Shown one piece after another: positions 1 through 9,949 of a stretch of DNA of 64,000 bases (positions are counted from its first letter, which is position 1; the number at the start of each line of letters is the position of its first letter). The stretch lies in the NCBI GenBank assembly GCA_964422145.1, contig CAYQZV010000010.1:694-64693 (forward strand), in the 5' to 3' direction. The notes under the pieces are model-generated. The model had not been told where the DNA came from and did not search any database. It saw nothing but the letters and a program-made list of their open reading frames with translations. The DNA comes from an uncultured bacterium. GTDB lineage: Bacteria; Fidelibacterota; Marinisomatia; Marinisomatales; JACNKV01. Both the position numbers and the translations under genes were made by a program.

Positions 1-770
1 ATTCGGACGATCGTATCCACTCCGTCAATATAGAGCCAATACGCCAGTAAGAACATTCCAACCACTTTTAAATGCCGGATATCTTTTAATGTGTCCATTA
101 ATTGTTTCCAACCGAGTCCGATTGCTTTTCCCATGCCGACCGGTTCGTAGATCTCCGGTTCATCAACCCAGAGCCATACCGGGATCGTAAACACAGCCCA
201 CCAAACGGCAACGGAGACAAATGACAGACGGATCGCCGTTGCTCCGTCAGGAATGCCAAATAATTCCGGTTTGAGATACATCAATACGTTGACAAGGAAA
301 AGTATTCCACCCCCGATGTATCCTAATGCAAAACCAAGAGAAGAGACATAATCGACTTTCTTTTCAGATGCGACACCAGGAAGAAGTGAATCATAGAAAA
401 TGTTACTGCTGGAAAATCCGATTGTTGCTAACACGTAGAGTAGAACCGCCATCTGCCAATGACCCTGTGCAACGATCCATAATCCGCCTGTCATGACAAT
501 TCCGAGAAAAGCGAACAGGATCAGGAATTTCTTTTTAGCTGTTCCCCGGTCAGCGATCGCTCCAAGGAAGGGAGCCATGGCTGCGACAAAAATAGATGCA
601 ATGGAATTTGCCCATCCAAGATAAAATGTACTTTCTGCCGGGTTGTTTGGATTTGCCCAGTAGGCTTTAAAAAACAATGGAAAGAAACCGGACATCACCG
701 TTGTTGCAAACGCCGAATTCGCCCAATCATACAATGACCAACCCCAAATGGATTTTCTTTGATCAAGCAT
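1..770 (-). CDS. MFS transporter, UMF1/ATG22-like family (3' end runs off the window)
   Basis: Not in the ORF track; translated by hand from ATG (CAT at 768-770) with AGGAGG upstream: MLDQRKSIWGWSLYDWANSAFATTVMSGFFPLFF...APFLGAIADRGTAKKKF. The YDWANS motif and hydrophobic helices fit this family. Confidence 0.85.
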   Translation of the reverse strand, partial: MLDQRKSIWGWSLYDWANSAFATTVMSGFFPLFFKAYWANPNNPAESTFYLGWANSIASIFVAAMAPFLGAIADRGTAKKKFLILFAFLGIVMTGGLWIVAQGHWQMAVLLYVLATIGFSSSNIFYDSLLPGVASEKKVDYVSSLGFALGYIGGGILFLVNVLMYLKPELFGIPDGATAIRLSFVSVAVWWAVFTIPVWLWVDEPEIYEPVGMGKAIGLGWKQLMDTLKDIRHLKVVGMFLLAYWLYIDGVDTIVR

Positions 771-979
771 ATTACCTCCTTGGTTAGTGCTTCATGGTAT
801 TGATTATTCGATGGAATTTACAATAAAATAATTTCAAAACAACTTGAAGATATTTATCGTGGAAATAACGAGAATTATCAATCAAACGGTTTAAAATAAA
901 AACAATGCATTTCTTGTAAAATCTTGTGAAATTCTTAGGCTTATTCATTTCAATAATCACCCTTTATCAAGGAGGTACA

Positions 980-2278
980 ATGAAAACACTAAGACGAGTC
1001 AGCTTAACGGTTATCATCTTGATGATGATCAGTTTAGTCTTTGCACAGGAAGAAAGTAAAAATCCGACCGGTTGGAGCTTTGGCGGTGTCCCTGCGGTTG
1101 CCTACAATTCTGACACAGGATTTTTGTACGGGATCATTCTTAATCCGTACAACTACGGCGACGGTTCTATGTATCCGGATTACAATTACCAGATCTACCT
1201 TGAATGGTCACGGACCACCAAAGGCAGCGGGATTAATCGTGTACAATTTGACTCCAAATATTTACTGCCGTTTGGACTGAGAGTCACCGGAGAATTAGCA
1301 TATATGACGGAACAAACCCTTCCGTTCTATGGATTTAACGGGTATAATGCTCAATATAATCCAAATTTCGTAGACAGTGAGCATGAGGATTATATTACTC
1401 GAGTCTATTATCGTCACGAGAGAAATGTATTCAAATTCACATCCGATTTTCAGAAAAAAGTATATGGGGATAATCTGAATGGATTGTTCGGTTTAGGGAT
1501 TATTAATACCGAAATTGCATCAGTTGATGTCGAATTATTAAATGAAGGAAAAGATGAAGATCTCTTACCTGTTTATTCAGACCCCGATAGTATAGGTTTA
1601 TATGATAAATATGTTGATGATGGTATCATTAGCACTGATGAAAAAGACGGCGGAAGCACAAATTACTTAAAGTTTGGTGCAGTTTATGATACCAGAGATA
1701 ACGAAGCCAACCCGATGACAGGAATGTGGACAGAAGGACTTGTGCAAGTCGTGCCGGGTTTCTTAGGAAGTGATTTTGATTATTCGGTGTTCACCTTTAC
1801 CCATCGTCAATACTTTTCAATCATTCCGAATGATTTGTCTTTCGCATACAGAGTTGGATACCAGCAAGTGTTAAGTGGAGATATTCCTTTCTTTATGCTG
1901 CCCTATTACCAGAGCAGCTATCAAACTCAAGAAGGATTCGGCGGCTCAAAAACCATGCGCGGAATTATGAAAAACCGTGTTGTCGGAAACTCTGTTGCAT
2001 TATTTAACACCGAATTACGCTGGAAATTCTTCCGGACTAAAGTTGCAGGTCAAAATCTGTATTTAGCTCTGAATGCATTTGTTGACGGCGGTCAAGTCAT
2101 GGACAATTATCCTACAACAAGTGATGCATTTGCTGATGAATCACTACATTTATCCTATGGCGGCGGTTTCAGAATCGCGTTAAATGAAAACTTCATTGTT
2201 GCTGTGGATTATGGTATGGCTGCTGATGAGCAAGACGGTTCAAGCGGACTGTACATCGGTTTAGGATATCTTTATTAA
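980..2278 (+). CDS. Omp85/BamA-TamA family outer-membrane beta-barrel protein, apparently without POTRA domains
   Basis: AGGAGG then ATG at 980; signal peptide MKTLRR...VFA; YDTRDN and TMRG (VRGY-like) motifs; C-terminal strand GLYIGLGYLY. Confidence 0.75.
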   Translation: MKTLRRVSLTVIILMMISLVFAQEESKNPTGWSFGGVPAVAYNSDTGFLYGIILNPYNYGDGSMYPDYNYQIYLEWSRTTKGSGINRVQFDSKYLLPFGLRVTGELAYMTEQTLPFYGFNGYNAQYNPNFVDSEHEDYITRVYYRHERNVFKFTSDFQKKVYGDNLNGLFGLGIINTEIASVDVELLNEGKDEDLLPVYSDPDSIGLYDKYVDDGIISTDEKDGGSTNYLKFGAVYDTRDNEANPMTGMWTEGLVQVVPGFLGSDFDYSVFTFTHRQYFSIIPNDLSFAYRVGYQQVLSGDIPFFMLPYYQSSYQTQEGFGGSKTMRGIMKNRVVGNSVALFNTELRWKFFRTKVAGQNLYLALNAFVDGGQVMDNYPTTSDAFADESLHLSYGGGFRIALNENFIVAVDYGMAADEQDGSSGLYIGLGYLY

Positions 2279-2349
2279 GGTATCCCGACAGGATTAAATG
2301 AAACCTGCGTCCTGCACATTTGAAACATTAAACCATTGAGGAATTTAGT

Positions 2350-3324
2350 ATGAACGTTCTTTCAAGCGGATCCGGAAAGTTGATTCAACCACCGGATTTG
2401 GATGCGTTCAGAGAGTGGAATCGAACACATAAATCGAGAGAGCTTGTTGATAAAAGAATGACGGAAAAAGAAGCTGTCTCTCGATTCATAGAGGATGGGA
2501 ATTACATCGGAATCGAGTTGTACGGTACAGTTCGTGCCCCGATGTCCCTTGTCAGAGAGGTCATTCGTCAGGGGTTCCGTGAGTTGAAATGTGCAGGACA
2601 AGGGGTGTTTGAATCAGACCTCCTTGCGGCTGCAAATGTGGTGAAACAACTGGATTGGACCTATATCGGGTTTGAGGTGTACGGGCTCTCCAAAAACGCC
2701 CGCATTTCGGTTGAACAGGGATATGTTGAGTCGCTGGTTGAGTGGTCAAATGCGGCGCTGACCTGGCGGTTCAAAGCAACGGCAATGGGTGTTCCGTTCC
2801 TGCCGACGCGTGTGATGCTGGGAACCGATACATACAAATTCAGTGCAGCGAAGGTAGCAGAATGTCCATTCACGGGGCAGAAAGTCTGTTTATTGCCTGC
2901 GCTAATCCTGGACACGGGTTTGATTCATGTCAGCCGAGCAGATAAATATGGTAATTGCCAAATTGACGGAATCAGTGGTTTTGCAGCAGAGATGGCACGA
3001 GCATCCAAGCGGTTGATTATTTCAGCTGAAGAGATCGTGGATGAAGATCTGATTCGCAATCAACCGGATAAAACCATCATCCCTTACTATTTAGTGGATG
3101 CAGTGATCGAAGCTCCATTTGGTGCGCATCCCGGTGAAATGACAAATTGTTATGAACGGGATGAAGATCATATACGATCGTATATAAAAGCAGGAAAAAA
3201 CTCGACGGATTTACAGAAATATTTTGATCAATGGATTTACAAAGTCAGTGATCATCAAACCTATTTAGGAAAGGTTGGAGCGGAAACCTTAAATCAGCTT
3301 CGCATCGGGAGTAAAAATGAATAA
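2350..3324 (+). CDS. CoA-transferase subunit A (glutaconate CoA-transferase-like)
   Basis: AMGVPFLP, CPFTG, IHVSRADKYGN and APFGAHP motifs; overlaps the B-subunit gene. Confidence 0.85.
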   Translation: MNVLSSGSGKLIQPPDLDAFREWNRTHKSRELVDKRMTEKEAVSRFIEDGNYIGIELYGTVRAPMSLVREVIRQGFRELKCAGQGVFESDLLAAANVVKQLDWTYIGFEVYGLSKNARISVEQGYVESLVEWSNAALTWRFKATAMGVPFLPTRVMLGTDTYKFSAAKVAECPFTGQKVCLLPALILDTGLIHVSRADKYGNCQIDGISGFAAEMARASKRLIISAEEIVDEDLIRNQPDKTIIPYYLVDAVIEAPFGAHPGEMTNCYERDEDHIRSYIKAGKNSTDLQKYFDQWIYKVSDHQTYLGKVGAETLNQLRIGSKNE

Positions 3325-4087
3325 ACCCAGATATAATTCATCTGAATTGCTCATTTGTATTTCTGCCCGATTAATGGAAGATGGCGCAACTTGTTTTATT
3401 GGCACTGGTATTCCGATGCTGGCAGCATCATTGGCACAAAAATTATACGCACCGAATCTCATATCCATTTTTGAGTTTGGCGGTGTCGGTGCCCAACTAA
3501 GCAAATTACCGCTTGCCGTCGGTGATATGCGGACATTCCACCGTGGTGTTGCGGCTGCAGGGATTTGCGACATTATGGAAACAGCGCAACGTGGATTTGT
3601 CGATTACGGTTTTCTCGGGGGGGCACAGATCGATATGTACGGCAATCTCAATTCAACGATGATCGGAGATGATCATAGTAATCCAAAAGTGCGTTTACCC
3701 GGATCGGGCGGAGGAAATGATGTAGGGAGTACCTGTTGGAGAACCATTGCGATTATGCAGCATGACATTCGTCGGTTTATCCCGAAAGTGGACTTCATTA
3801 CTACACCGGGTTATCTAACGGGACCGGGCGCAAGAGAAGAAGCCGGATTGCCGTCAAATACCGGTCCGTACCGAGTAGTAACCAATCTCTGCACGATGGG
3901 ATTTGATCCTGAGACAAAATGGATGACATTAGCAGCATTAAATCCCGGTGTGACCGTTGATGATGTAGTCCAAAATACCGGATTTGAGTTGATAATCCCT
4001 GAGGATATTGAAACAAATCATGAGCCAACGAGCGAAGAATTAAAAATATTACGGAACGAAGTCGATAAAGACAGGTACTATATTTAA
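3317..4087 (+). CDS. CoA-transferase subunit B (glutaconate CoA-transferase-like)
   Basis: FIGTGIP; candidate catalytic Glu53 (IFEFG); GGAQIDMYGNLNST; RLPGSGGGND; VDFITTPG. Confidence 0.85.
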   Translation: MNKPRYNSSELLICISARLMEDGATCFIGTGIPMLAASLAQKLYAPNLISIFEFGGVGAQLSKLPLAVGDMRTFHRGVAAAGICDIMETAQRGFVDYGFLGGAQIDMYGNLNSTMIGDDHSNPKVRLPGSGGGNDVGSTCWRTIAIMQHDIRRFIPKVDFITTPGYLTGPGAREEAGLPSNTGPYRVVTNLCTMGFDPETKWMTLAALNPGVTVDDVVQNTGFELIIPEDIETNHEPTSEELKILRNEVDKDRYYI

Positions 4088-4135
4088 TACGATGAATATT
4101 AACCAACTAAACCAAATTTAGGTTTTAGGATACAC

Positions 4136-5371
4136 ATGAAAAATAGTTTACAAGATCAAATACAATCATTAATGAAATTTAATGAAGAGATCAGTCAAAT
4201 CCAGGATTTGGATGCGGTTCTCGACTTTTTATTGACAAAAGCCCGTGAACTAACCAATGCTGACTCGGGAACACTTTATTTGACAACCGGAGATCAATTA
4301 GTTTTTAGTTATACCCAAAATGACACGCTGTTCAAATCAAATTTGGATAATAAAAATTTATATAATGCGTTTAAAATTCCGATCAACGACGAATCGATAG
4401 CTGGTTATGTTGCCAATCGGAAAAAATTGTTAAACATCCCTGATGCGTACCAAATAGAAAATACTCGGCCCTTTGGGTTTAATTCATCATTTGATAAAAG
4501 CTCAGGATATAAAACGACATCCATTTTAACTACGCCCATTGTAAATGTTGCCAATAATGTTGTTGGCGTTCTTCAATTAATCAATGCCAAAGATGAGAAT
4601 AATAAGGTAATTGCATTCGATGAAAATGATGAAGTCCTTATCACATTTTTTGCAGGGAATGCCTCAACGCATATTGAACGAGCTGAATTGACCAGAGAAC
4701 TGATCATGCGGATGATCAAAATGGCAGAGTTGCGGGATCCGAAAGAAACAGGCGAACATGTTAATCGAGTTGGAGCGATTGCCGCGGAATTGTATGTCCA
4801 TTGGGCATTAAAAAAGGGTGTTGATCTGATGGAAATTAAAAAACAAAAAGGTAATATCCGATTGGCCGCTATGCTGCATGATGTCGGTAAAATTGCCATT
4901 TCGGATGTCATTTTGAAAAAGCCCGGCCGCTTTGATGATGATGAAAGATTTGTCATGAATTTCCACACGATTTTTGGAGCCCGCCTGTTTAAGAATTCAA
5001 AATCTGAAATCGATCAATTGAGTAAAGCAATTGCATTATCCCACCATGAACGATGGGACGGTAAGGGATATCCCGGCGACGTTGGCAATATTCATCAAGA
5101 TATCAACGCTATGGGGCAAGGATACAAAGGGAAAGAAATTCCTCTGGGCGGAAGGATTGTAGCCATCGCGGACGTTTACGATGCATTAATGTCATCCCGT
5201 GTGTATAAAAAAGCATGGAGTGAGGAAGACACATTGCACGAATTATTGAAATGCAGCGGGACTCAATTTGACCCTGATCTGATGGATTGTTTTTTGGAAA
5301 TATATGATACCGTCAAAGCAATTTATCAAAAATACCAAGACAGTGCTTCAACAGTATTGATGTACGATTAA
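4136..5371 (+). CDS. GAF + HD-GYP domain cyclic-dinucleotide phosphodiesterase
   Basis: N-terminal GAF (SIAGYVA, FDKSSGYKTTSILT, GVLQLIN); HDVGK, HHERWDGKGYP and ADVYDAL motifs. Confidence 0.88.
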   Translation: MKNSLQDQIQSLMKFNEEISQIQDLDAVLDFLLTKARELTNADSGTLYLTTGDQLVFSYTQNDTLFKSNLDNKNLYNAFKIPINDESIAGYVANRKKLLNIPDAYQIENTRPFGFNSSFDKSSGYKTTSILTTPIVNVANNVVGVLQLINAKDENNKVIAFDENDEVLITFFAGNASTHIERAELTRELIMRMIKMAELRDPKETGEHVNRVGAIAAELYVHWALKKGVDLMEIKKQKGNIRLAAMLHDVGKIAISDVILKKPGRFDDDERFVMNFHTIFGARLFKNSKSEIDQLSKAIALSHHERWDGKGYPGDVGNIHQDINAMGQGYKGKEIPLGGRIVAIADVYDALMSSRVYKKAWSEEDTLHELLKCSGTQFDPDLMDCFLEIYDTVKAIYQKYQDSASTVLMYD

Positions 5372-5419
5372 TCGTAACCATTTAATTCATAACACCTAAA
5401 ATCTAAGAAAAGACACGGA

Positions 5420-8284
5420 GTGATAACTGTGAAACATTTTACCAAATTATTAGGAATACTCTTTTTATTAACTATTCTAAGTTGTACATCGGTATGCCAC
5501 AAAAATACATGCCCGAATGAAACAAAAAAAGAGTGCCATTCAACCCAATTAATTCTCGACCCTGATGTAAAAATTGGAACGCTTAACAACGGACTCAAAT
5601 ATTACATCCGTCAAAACCAAAAACCAGAGAATCGTGCAGTACTTCGTTTGGTGGTCAATGCCGGATCGGTATTAGAGGATGAAGACCAGAAGGGGCTGGC
5701 TCACTTTATTGAGCATATGGCGTTTAACGGAACCGTCCATTTCAATAAGTCTGAATTAGTCGATTACCTCGAAGGGATCGGAATGAAATTCGGTGCAGGA
5801 TTAAATGCATACACATCATTTGATGAAACGGTATATATGCTGCAGGTTCCCATGGATGATCCTGAAGCTATCCAAAGTGCGTTTCAAATATTGGAAGACT
5901 GGGCTCACGGAATATTATTTGAAGAAGAAGAAATTGATAAAGAACGCGGCGTCATTAAAGAAGAATGGCGGCTAGGGCAAGGAGCCTGGAAACGGATGTG
6001 GAATCAGCATGCGCCGAAACTGCTCAATAATTCAATGTATTCAAAACGGCTGCCCATTGGTGATGTTGCGGTTATAGATACAGCACACTATGAAACCTTC
6101 CATCGGTTTTATAACGATTGGTATCGGCCGGATTTGATGGCTGTAGTTGCCGTTGGTGATTTTAATGCAGATGATATTGAGCAATTAGTTCATAAGCATT
6201 TTGAAGGTATCCCGGTGAAGGATTCACCGCGTGAACGAATTGAATTTGAGATTCCGGATCATGAGGAGACGATCGTTGCCATTGCATCCGATCCTGAAGC
6301 GACTCGAACAAACGTCAACGTATATTTTAAACGTCCCGTGGAAAAAGTAAAAACAGAAGATGCTTATCGTCAATGGATATTGGAACGGTTGTACTCGGGG
6401 ATGATCAACGCCAGATTTAGCGAAACGACTAAAACACCGAACTCTCCTTTTATGTATGCTTATTCGTACACATCAAATATTGTGAAAACGAAGTCAGCAC
6501 ATGTGTTAATGGCCGGTGTAAAAGAAGTCGGGATTTTAGATGGATTAAAAGCACTATTGACCGAAGCTGAAAGAATCGACCGTTTTGGATTCACATCGTC
6601 TGAATTAGAACGGCAAAAGATGGAGATCATGCGATCAATCGAACAAGCATATGATGAGCGGGATAAAACTGAATCGAAACTCTACGCCGGTGAATATGTC
6701 AGACACTACCTTCAGGAAGAACCCATTCCGGGAATTGAACAGGAACTGGCGTTATATCAAAAATATTTACCGAGCATTCATGTAGATGAGATCAATCAGA
6801 TGAACCCGAGAATGCTTTCACAGGAAAATAGAGTAATTACCGTTGGCGCACCGGAAAAAGATGGATTGACTCTGCCGACGGAAGAAGAATTGCTGAGTCA
6901 ATTCCAATTGGTGAAAGAAATCGATATTTTACCGTACACGGATGTAGTGTCCAATGAGCCGTTAGTGGCTGAGTATCCTAAACCGGCTGAGATTGTTTCG
7001 ACAAAAATATATGAAGATATTGGCGTTGAAACTCTGACGTTGACTAACGGTATTCATGTGATCTTAAAACAAACTCAATTCAAAAATGATGAAGTCTTGT
7101 TTAACGCATTCAGTCAAGGCGGAACCTCTTTAATTGATGACGAGGATTTTGCTTCGGGTGATGCCGCTGCTGATTTGATAGAAACCGGTGGATTGGGAAC
7201 CTTAAGTCAAATTGAGTTAGAGAAAAAATTGACCGGGAAGGTCGTGTCAGTATCGCCGTACATTAATCAATTGTACGAAGGATTGTCCGGGTCGGCTTCT
7301 CCAAAGGATCTTGAAACAATGTTTCAATTGATATATCTCTACTTTACATCACCCCGCATGGATGAGGAAGCGTTTACAGCAACACTATCCCGTTGGAGAG
7401 GATATTTAGAAAATAGAAGTTCAAGACCTGAATCCGCATTTCAGGACACAATTCAAGTAACGATGGCACAGCATCATCTCCGTGAACGTCCATGGGACTT
7501 AGATTTTTTACAGGAAATTGATCCTAAAAAAGCGTATGCGTTTTATCAAGATCGGTATTTAGATGCTGGAGATTTCACCTTCACATTTGTGGGTAATTAT
7601 GATTCGAATGTCATAATTCCTTTAGTTCAGACGTGGCTTGGGGGATTACCCACCAACCAGCGGAAAGAATCCTGGGTGGATCATGATATTCAGTATCCGA
7701 TTGGTGCGATAAATAAATCGGTGTTTAAAGGTGTCGATGAAAAAAGTATGACGCAAATGATGTTCACAGGTCCTTTTGAATGGAGTAACAAAAATAATTA
7801 TTTACTGCAATCGATGGTACAAGCATTTCAAATTAAACTGCGTGAAATTCTTCGAGAGGAACTTGGCGGTGTTTATGGTGTTGGAGTTTGGCCGTCAATT
7901 AGTCATTATCCGGACGAAGAGTATAAGATTACAATTTCATTCGGGTGTGCTCCTGACAGAGTCGATGAGCTCACTAATGCTGTCTATGATCAGATTGATA
8001 GTCTAATGACCCTTGGTACAACAGATAAATATTTGAATAAGGTAAAAGAAACACAGAAAAGAGAACGTGAGACATCCCTGCTGGAAAATAATTACTGGTT
8101 GAGAAAACTAACCTATATGTCAAAACATGAAGTAGATTTCTCATTGTTTGATATTTTTAATGACTATGTTGAAGACTTATCCTTATCGGATATTCAGAAA
8201 ACAGCTAAAACCTATTTCGACACTGAAAATGTTGTGCAGATAACCTTGTATCCTGAAGATCGTGCAAACAAAGAGGACAATTAA
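5420..8284 (+). CDS. pqqL: M16 family zinc protease (PqqL-like), probable lipoprotein
   Basis: Inverted zinc motif HFIEH; NAYTSFDETVY; duplicated M16 architecture; lipobox-like ILSC. The start could instead be the GTG at 5429. Confidence 0.88.
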   Translation: MITVKHFTKLLGILFLLTILSCTSVCHKNTCPNETKKECHSTQLILDPDVKIGTLNNGLKYYIRQNQKPENRAVLRLVVNAGSVLEDEDQKGLAHFIEHMAFNGTVHFNKSELVDYLEGIGMKFGAGLNAYTSFDETVYMLQVPMDDPEAIQSAFQILEDWAHGILFEEEEIDKERGVIKEEWRLGQGAWKRMWNQHAPKLLNNSMYSKRLPIGDVAVIDTAHYETFHRFYNDWYRPDLMAVVAVGDFNADDIEQLVHKHFEGIPVKDSPRERIEFEIPDHEETIVAIASDPEATRTNVNVYFKRPVEKVKTEDAYRQWILERLYSGMINARFSETTKTPNSPFMYAYSYTSNIVKTKSAHVLMAGVKEVGILDGLKALLTEAERIDRFGFTSSELERQKMEIMRSIEQAYDERDKTESKLYAGEYVRHYLQEEPIPGIEQELALYQKYLPSIHVDEINQMNPRMLSQENRVITVGAPEKDGLTLPTEEELLSQFQLVKEIDILPYTDVVSNEPLVAEYPKPAEIVSTKIYEDIGVETLTLTNGIHVILKQTQFKNDEVLFNAFSQGGTSLIDDEDFASGDAAADLIETGGLGTLSQIELEKKLTGKVVSVSPYINQLYEGLSGSASPKDLETMFQLIYLYFTSPRMDEEAFTATLSRWRGYLENRSSRPESAFQDTIQVTMAQHHLRERPWDLDFLQEIDPKKAYAFYQDRYLDAGDFTFTFVGNYDSNVIIPLVQTWLGGLPTNQRKESWVDHDIQYPIGAINKSVFKGVDEKSMTQMMFTGPFEWSNKNNYLLQSMVQAFQIKLREILREELGGVYGVGVWPSISHYPDEEYKITISFGCAPDRVDELTNAVYDQIDSLMTLGTTDKYLNKVKETQKRERETSLLENNYWLRKLTYMSKHEVDFSLFDIFNDYVEDLSLSDIQKTAKTYFDTENVVQITLYPEDRANKEDN

Positions 8285-8298
8285 GTGACTAAAGGAGT

Positions 8299-9513
8299 AT
8301 GCCTATGAGGTATATCATAAAACTTATACTCATTTTTCTTGTCGGTTATTCTTGCGGACAGGACGCTACTCGGAATAAAGGTGAATTCATTGAAAGAGAA
8401 TCTGGGTTCTATCAAGTCATCAAGGATGAATTAGAAGAATATTATGGTGATGATGATGAATCAAATCTTCGCTTTAAAGTGAATTTGGACGGCGTTGAAA
8501 TTCCTGTTGATACCAGTGATTTTACAATCTTTTGGCATAATCCTCCTGTCTCTCAGGGAAAAACCGGAACATGCTGGTGTTTTTCAGGAACATCATTCTT
8601 AGAATCTGAAATTTACCGCCTTACCGGGAAAAAGCTCCGACTTTCAGAAATGTACACGGTATACTGGGAAACAGTTGAAAAAGCCAGGAGATTTGTCCGG
8701 GAGAGAGGTGACTCGGAGTTTTCTCAAGGATCGCAGCTTAATTCTGTGACTCGAATGTGGGAAAAGTACGGTATCGTTCCATATTCCGTTTATCCAGGGA
8801 AAAGCGAAGAACAGCCGTTCCCGGATCATAGTCAGATGTGGGATGAAATGACGGATTATTTGAAATCGGTCGAAGAAACAAACGCGTGGAATGAAGAAAC
8901 GGTAATCCAAACTATTCGATCAATCTTGGATCATCATTTAGGCACACCACCGGAATACGTGACGGTCCATGGTGCAAGACTGACACCCAAAAAATATTTC
9001 GAACGGATTGTAAAAGTAGATGTAAACGATTTTGTCAGTTTAATGTCTTTGATGGAAAAACCCTACGGTGAGTATGCAGAGTACGATGTTCCTGATAATT
9101 GGTGGAACAGTGAGGAGTATTTGAATTTACCGTTAGACAATTTTATGGATATCCTCAAACAGAGTATTCGAGACGGGTATACATTTGGTATTGGAGGTGA
9201 TGTCTCTGAAGCCGGTCTGCGTTCGGTTGAAGAAGTCGCGATTGTCCCGACGTTCGATATCCCTGCGGAGTACATTGACGAGAATGCCCGCCAATTTCGA
9301 TTCAGCAATCGATCTACAACGGATGATCATGGGATTCATGTCGTTGGATATTCAACCTTTGGCAATACGGATTGGTTTCTCATAAAAGACTCCGGCGCTG
9401 GCGGTCATACTGGTCCGACCAAAGGATATTCGTATTATCACGAAGACTACATTAAGTTAAAGATGATGTCTGTGATCATTCACAAAGATGCCGTAAAAGA
9501 ATTAAAGAAGTAA
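8299..9513 (+). CDS. C1B cysteine aminopeptidase (PepC/bleomycin hydrolase-like), probable lipoprotein
   Basis: QGKTGTCWCFS (catalytic Cys); TTDDHGIH (His); IKDSG; signal peptide ending GYSC. Confidence 0.85.
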   Translation: MPMRYIIKLILIFLVGYSCGQDATRNKGEFIERESGFYQVIKDELEEYYGDDDESNLRFKVNLDGVEIPVDTSDFTIFWHNPPVSQGKTGTCWCFSGTSFLESEIYRLTGKKLRLSEMYTVYWETVEKARRFVRERGDSEFSQGSQLNSVTRMWEKYGIVPYSVYPGKSEEQPFPDHSQMWDEMTDYLKSVEETNAWNEETVIQTIRSILDHHLGTPPEYVTVHGARLTPKKYFERIVKVDVNDFVSLMSLMEKPYGEYAEYDVPDNWWNSEEYLNLPLDNFMDILKQSIRDGYTFGIGGDVSEAGLRSVEEVAIVPTFDIPAEYIDENARQFRFSNRSTTDDHGIHVVGYSTFGNTDWFLIKDSGAGGHTGPTKGYSYYHEDYIKLKMMSVIIHKDAVKELKK

Positions 9514-9538
9514 TCACAAAACCGAAGTAAATTAGTCT

Positions 9539-9928
9539 ATGACAGTAGAAGACAGACCATTTCGTTTAACAGACGATGATAAATTGAAATACAAAGATGG
9601 CATTGATGCAATTGATCTATCAGAAAAGCAGACGATTATGAGTAAAATTCCGAACAAGTTGAATGCTCTGTCTGAGAAACAAGAATTGAATATTTTTGAA
9701 GCAGAAGTCGTTGAGGGCGTTTCCGTTTTATATTCGCTGCTGAATACCCATCCTGAAATGAGTGAACAAATTCAGAAAAAAATCTTATTTGCGTTGAATT
9801 ATTTCGCCGAAACGAAAGATGAAGTTCCGGATAGTATTTCCGGAATCGGTTTTATGGACGATGCTGCGGTCATCCTATGGATTATTGAGGAAATTCAATT
9901 CAAATATCAACAATATTTTGATGCGTAA
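9539..9928 (+). CDS. YkvA/DUF1232 family protein
   Basis: ALNYF...DEVPDSISGIGFMDDAAV matches the DUF1232 signature. Confidence 0.7.
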   Translation: MTVEDRPFRLTDDDKLKYKDGIDAIDLSEKQTIMSKIPNKLNALSEKQELNIFEAEVVEGVSVLYSLLNTHPEMSEQIQKKILFALNYFAETKDEVPDSISGIGFMDDAAVILWIIEEIQFKYQQYFDA

Positions 9929-9949
9929 GAAAGGACATAATATAGAACG

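Noticed and set aside
926..979. N-terminal extensions given by the ORF track (926, 11604, 14276, 19800, 38570, 48040, 51229, 56224, 61057)
   Set aside because: Downstream starts fit RBS or promoter positions, signal peptides or family N-termini better.
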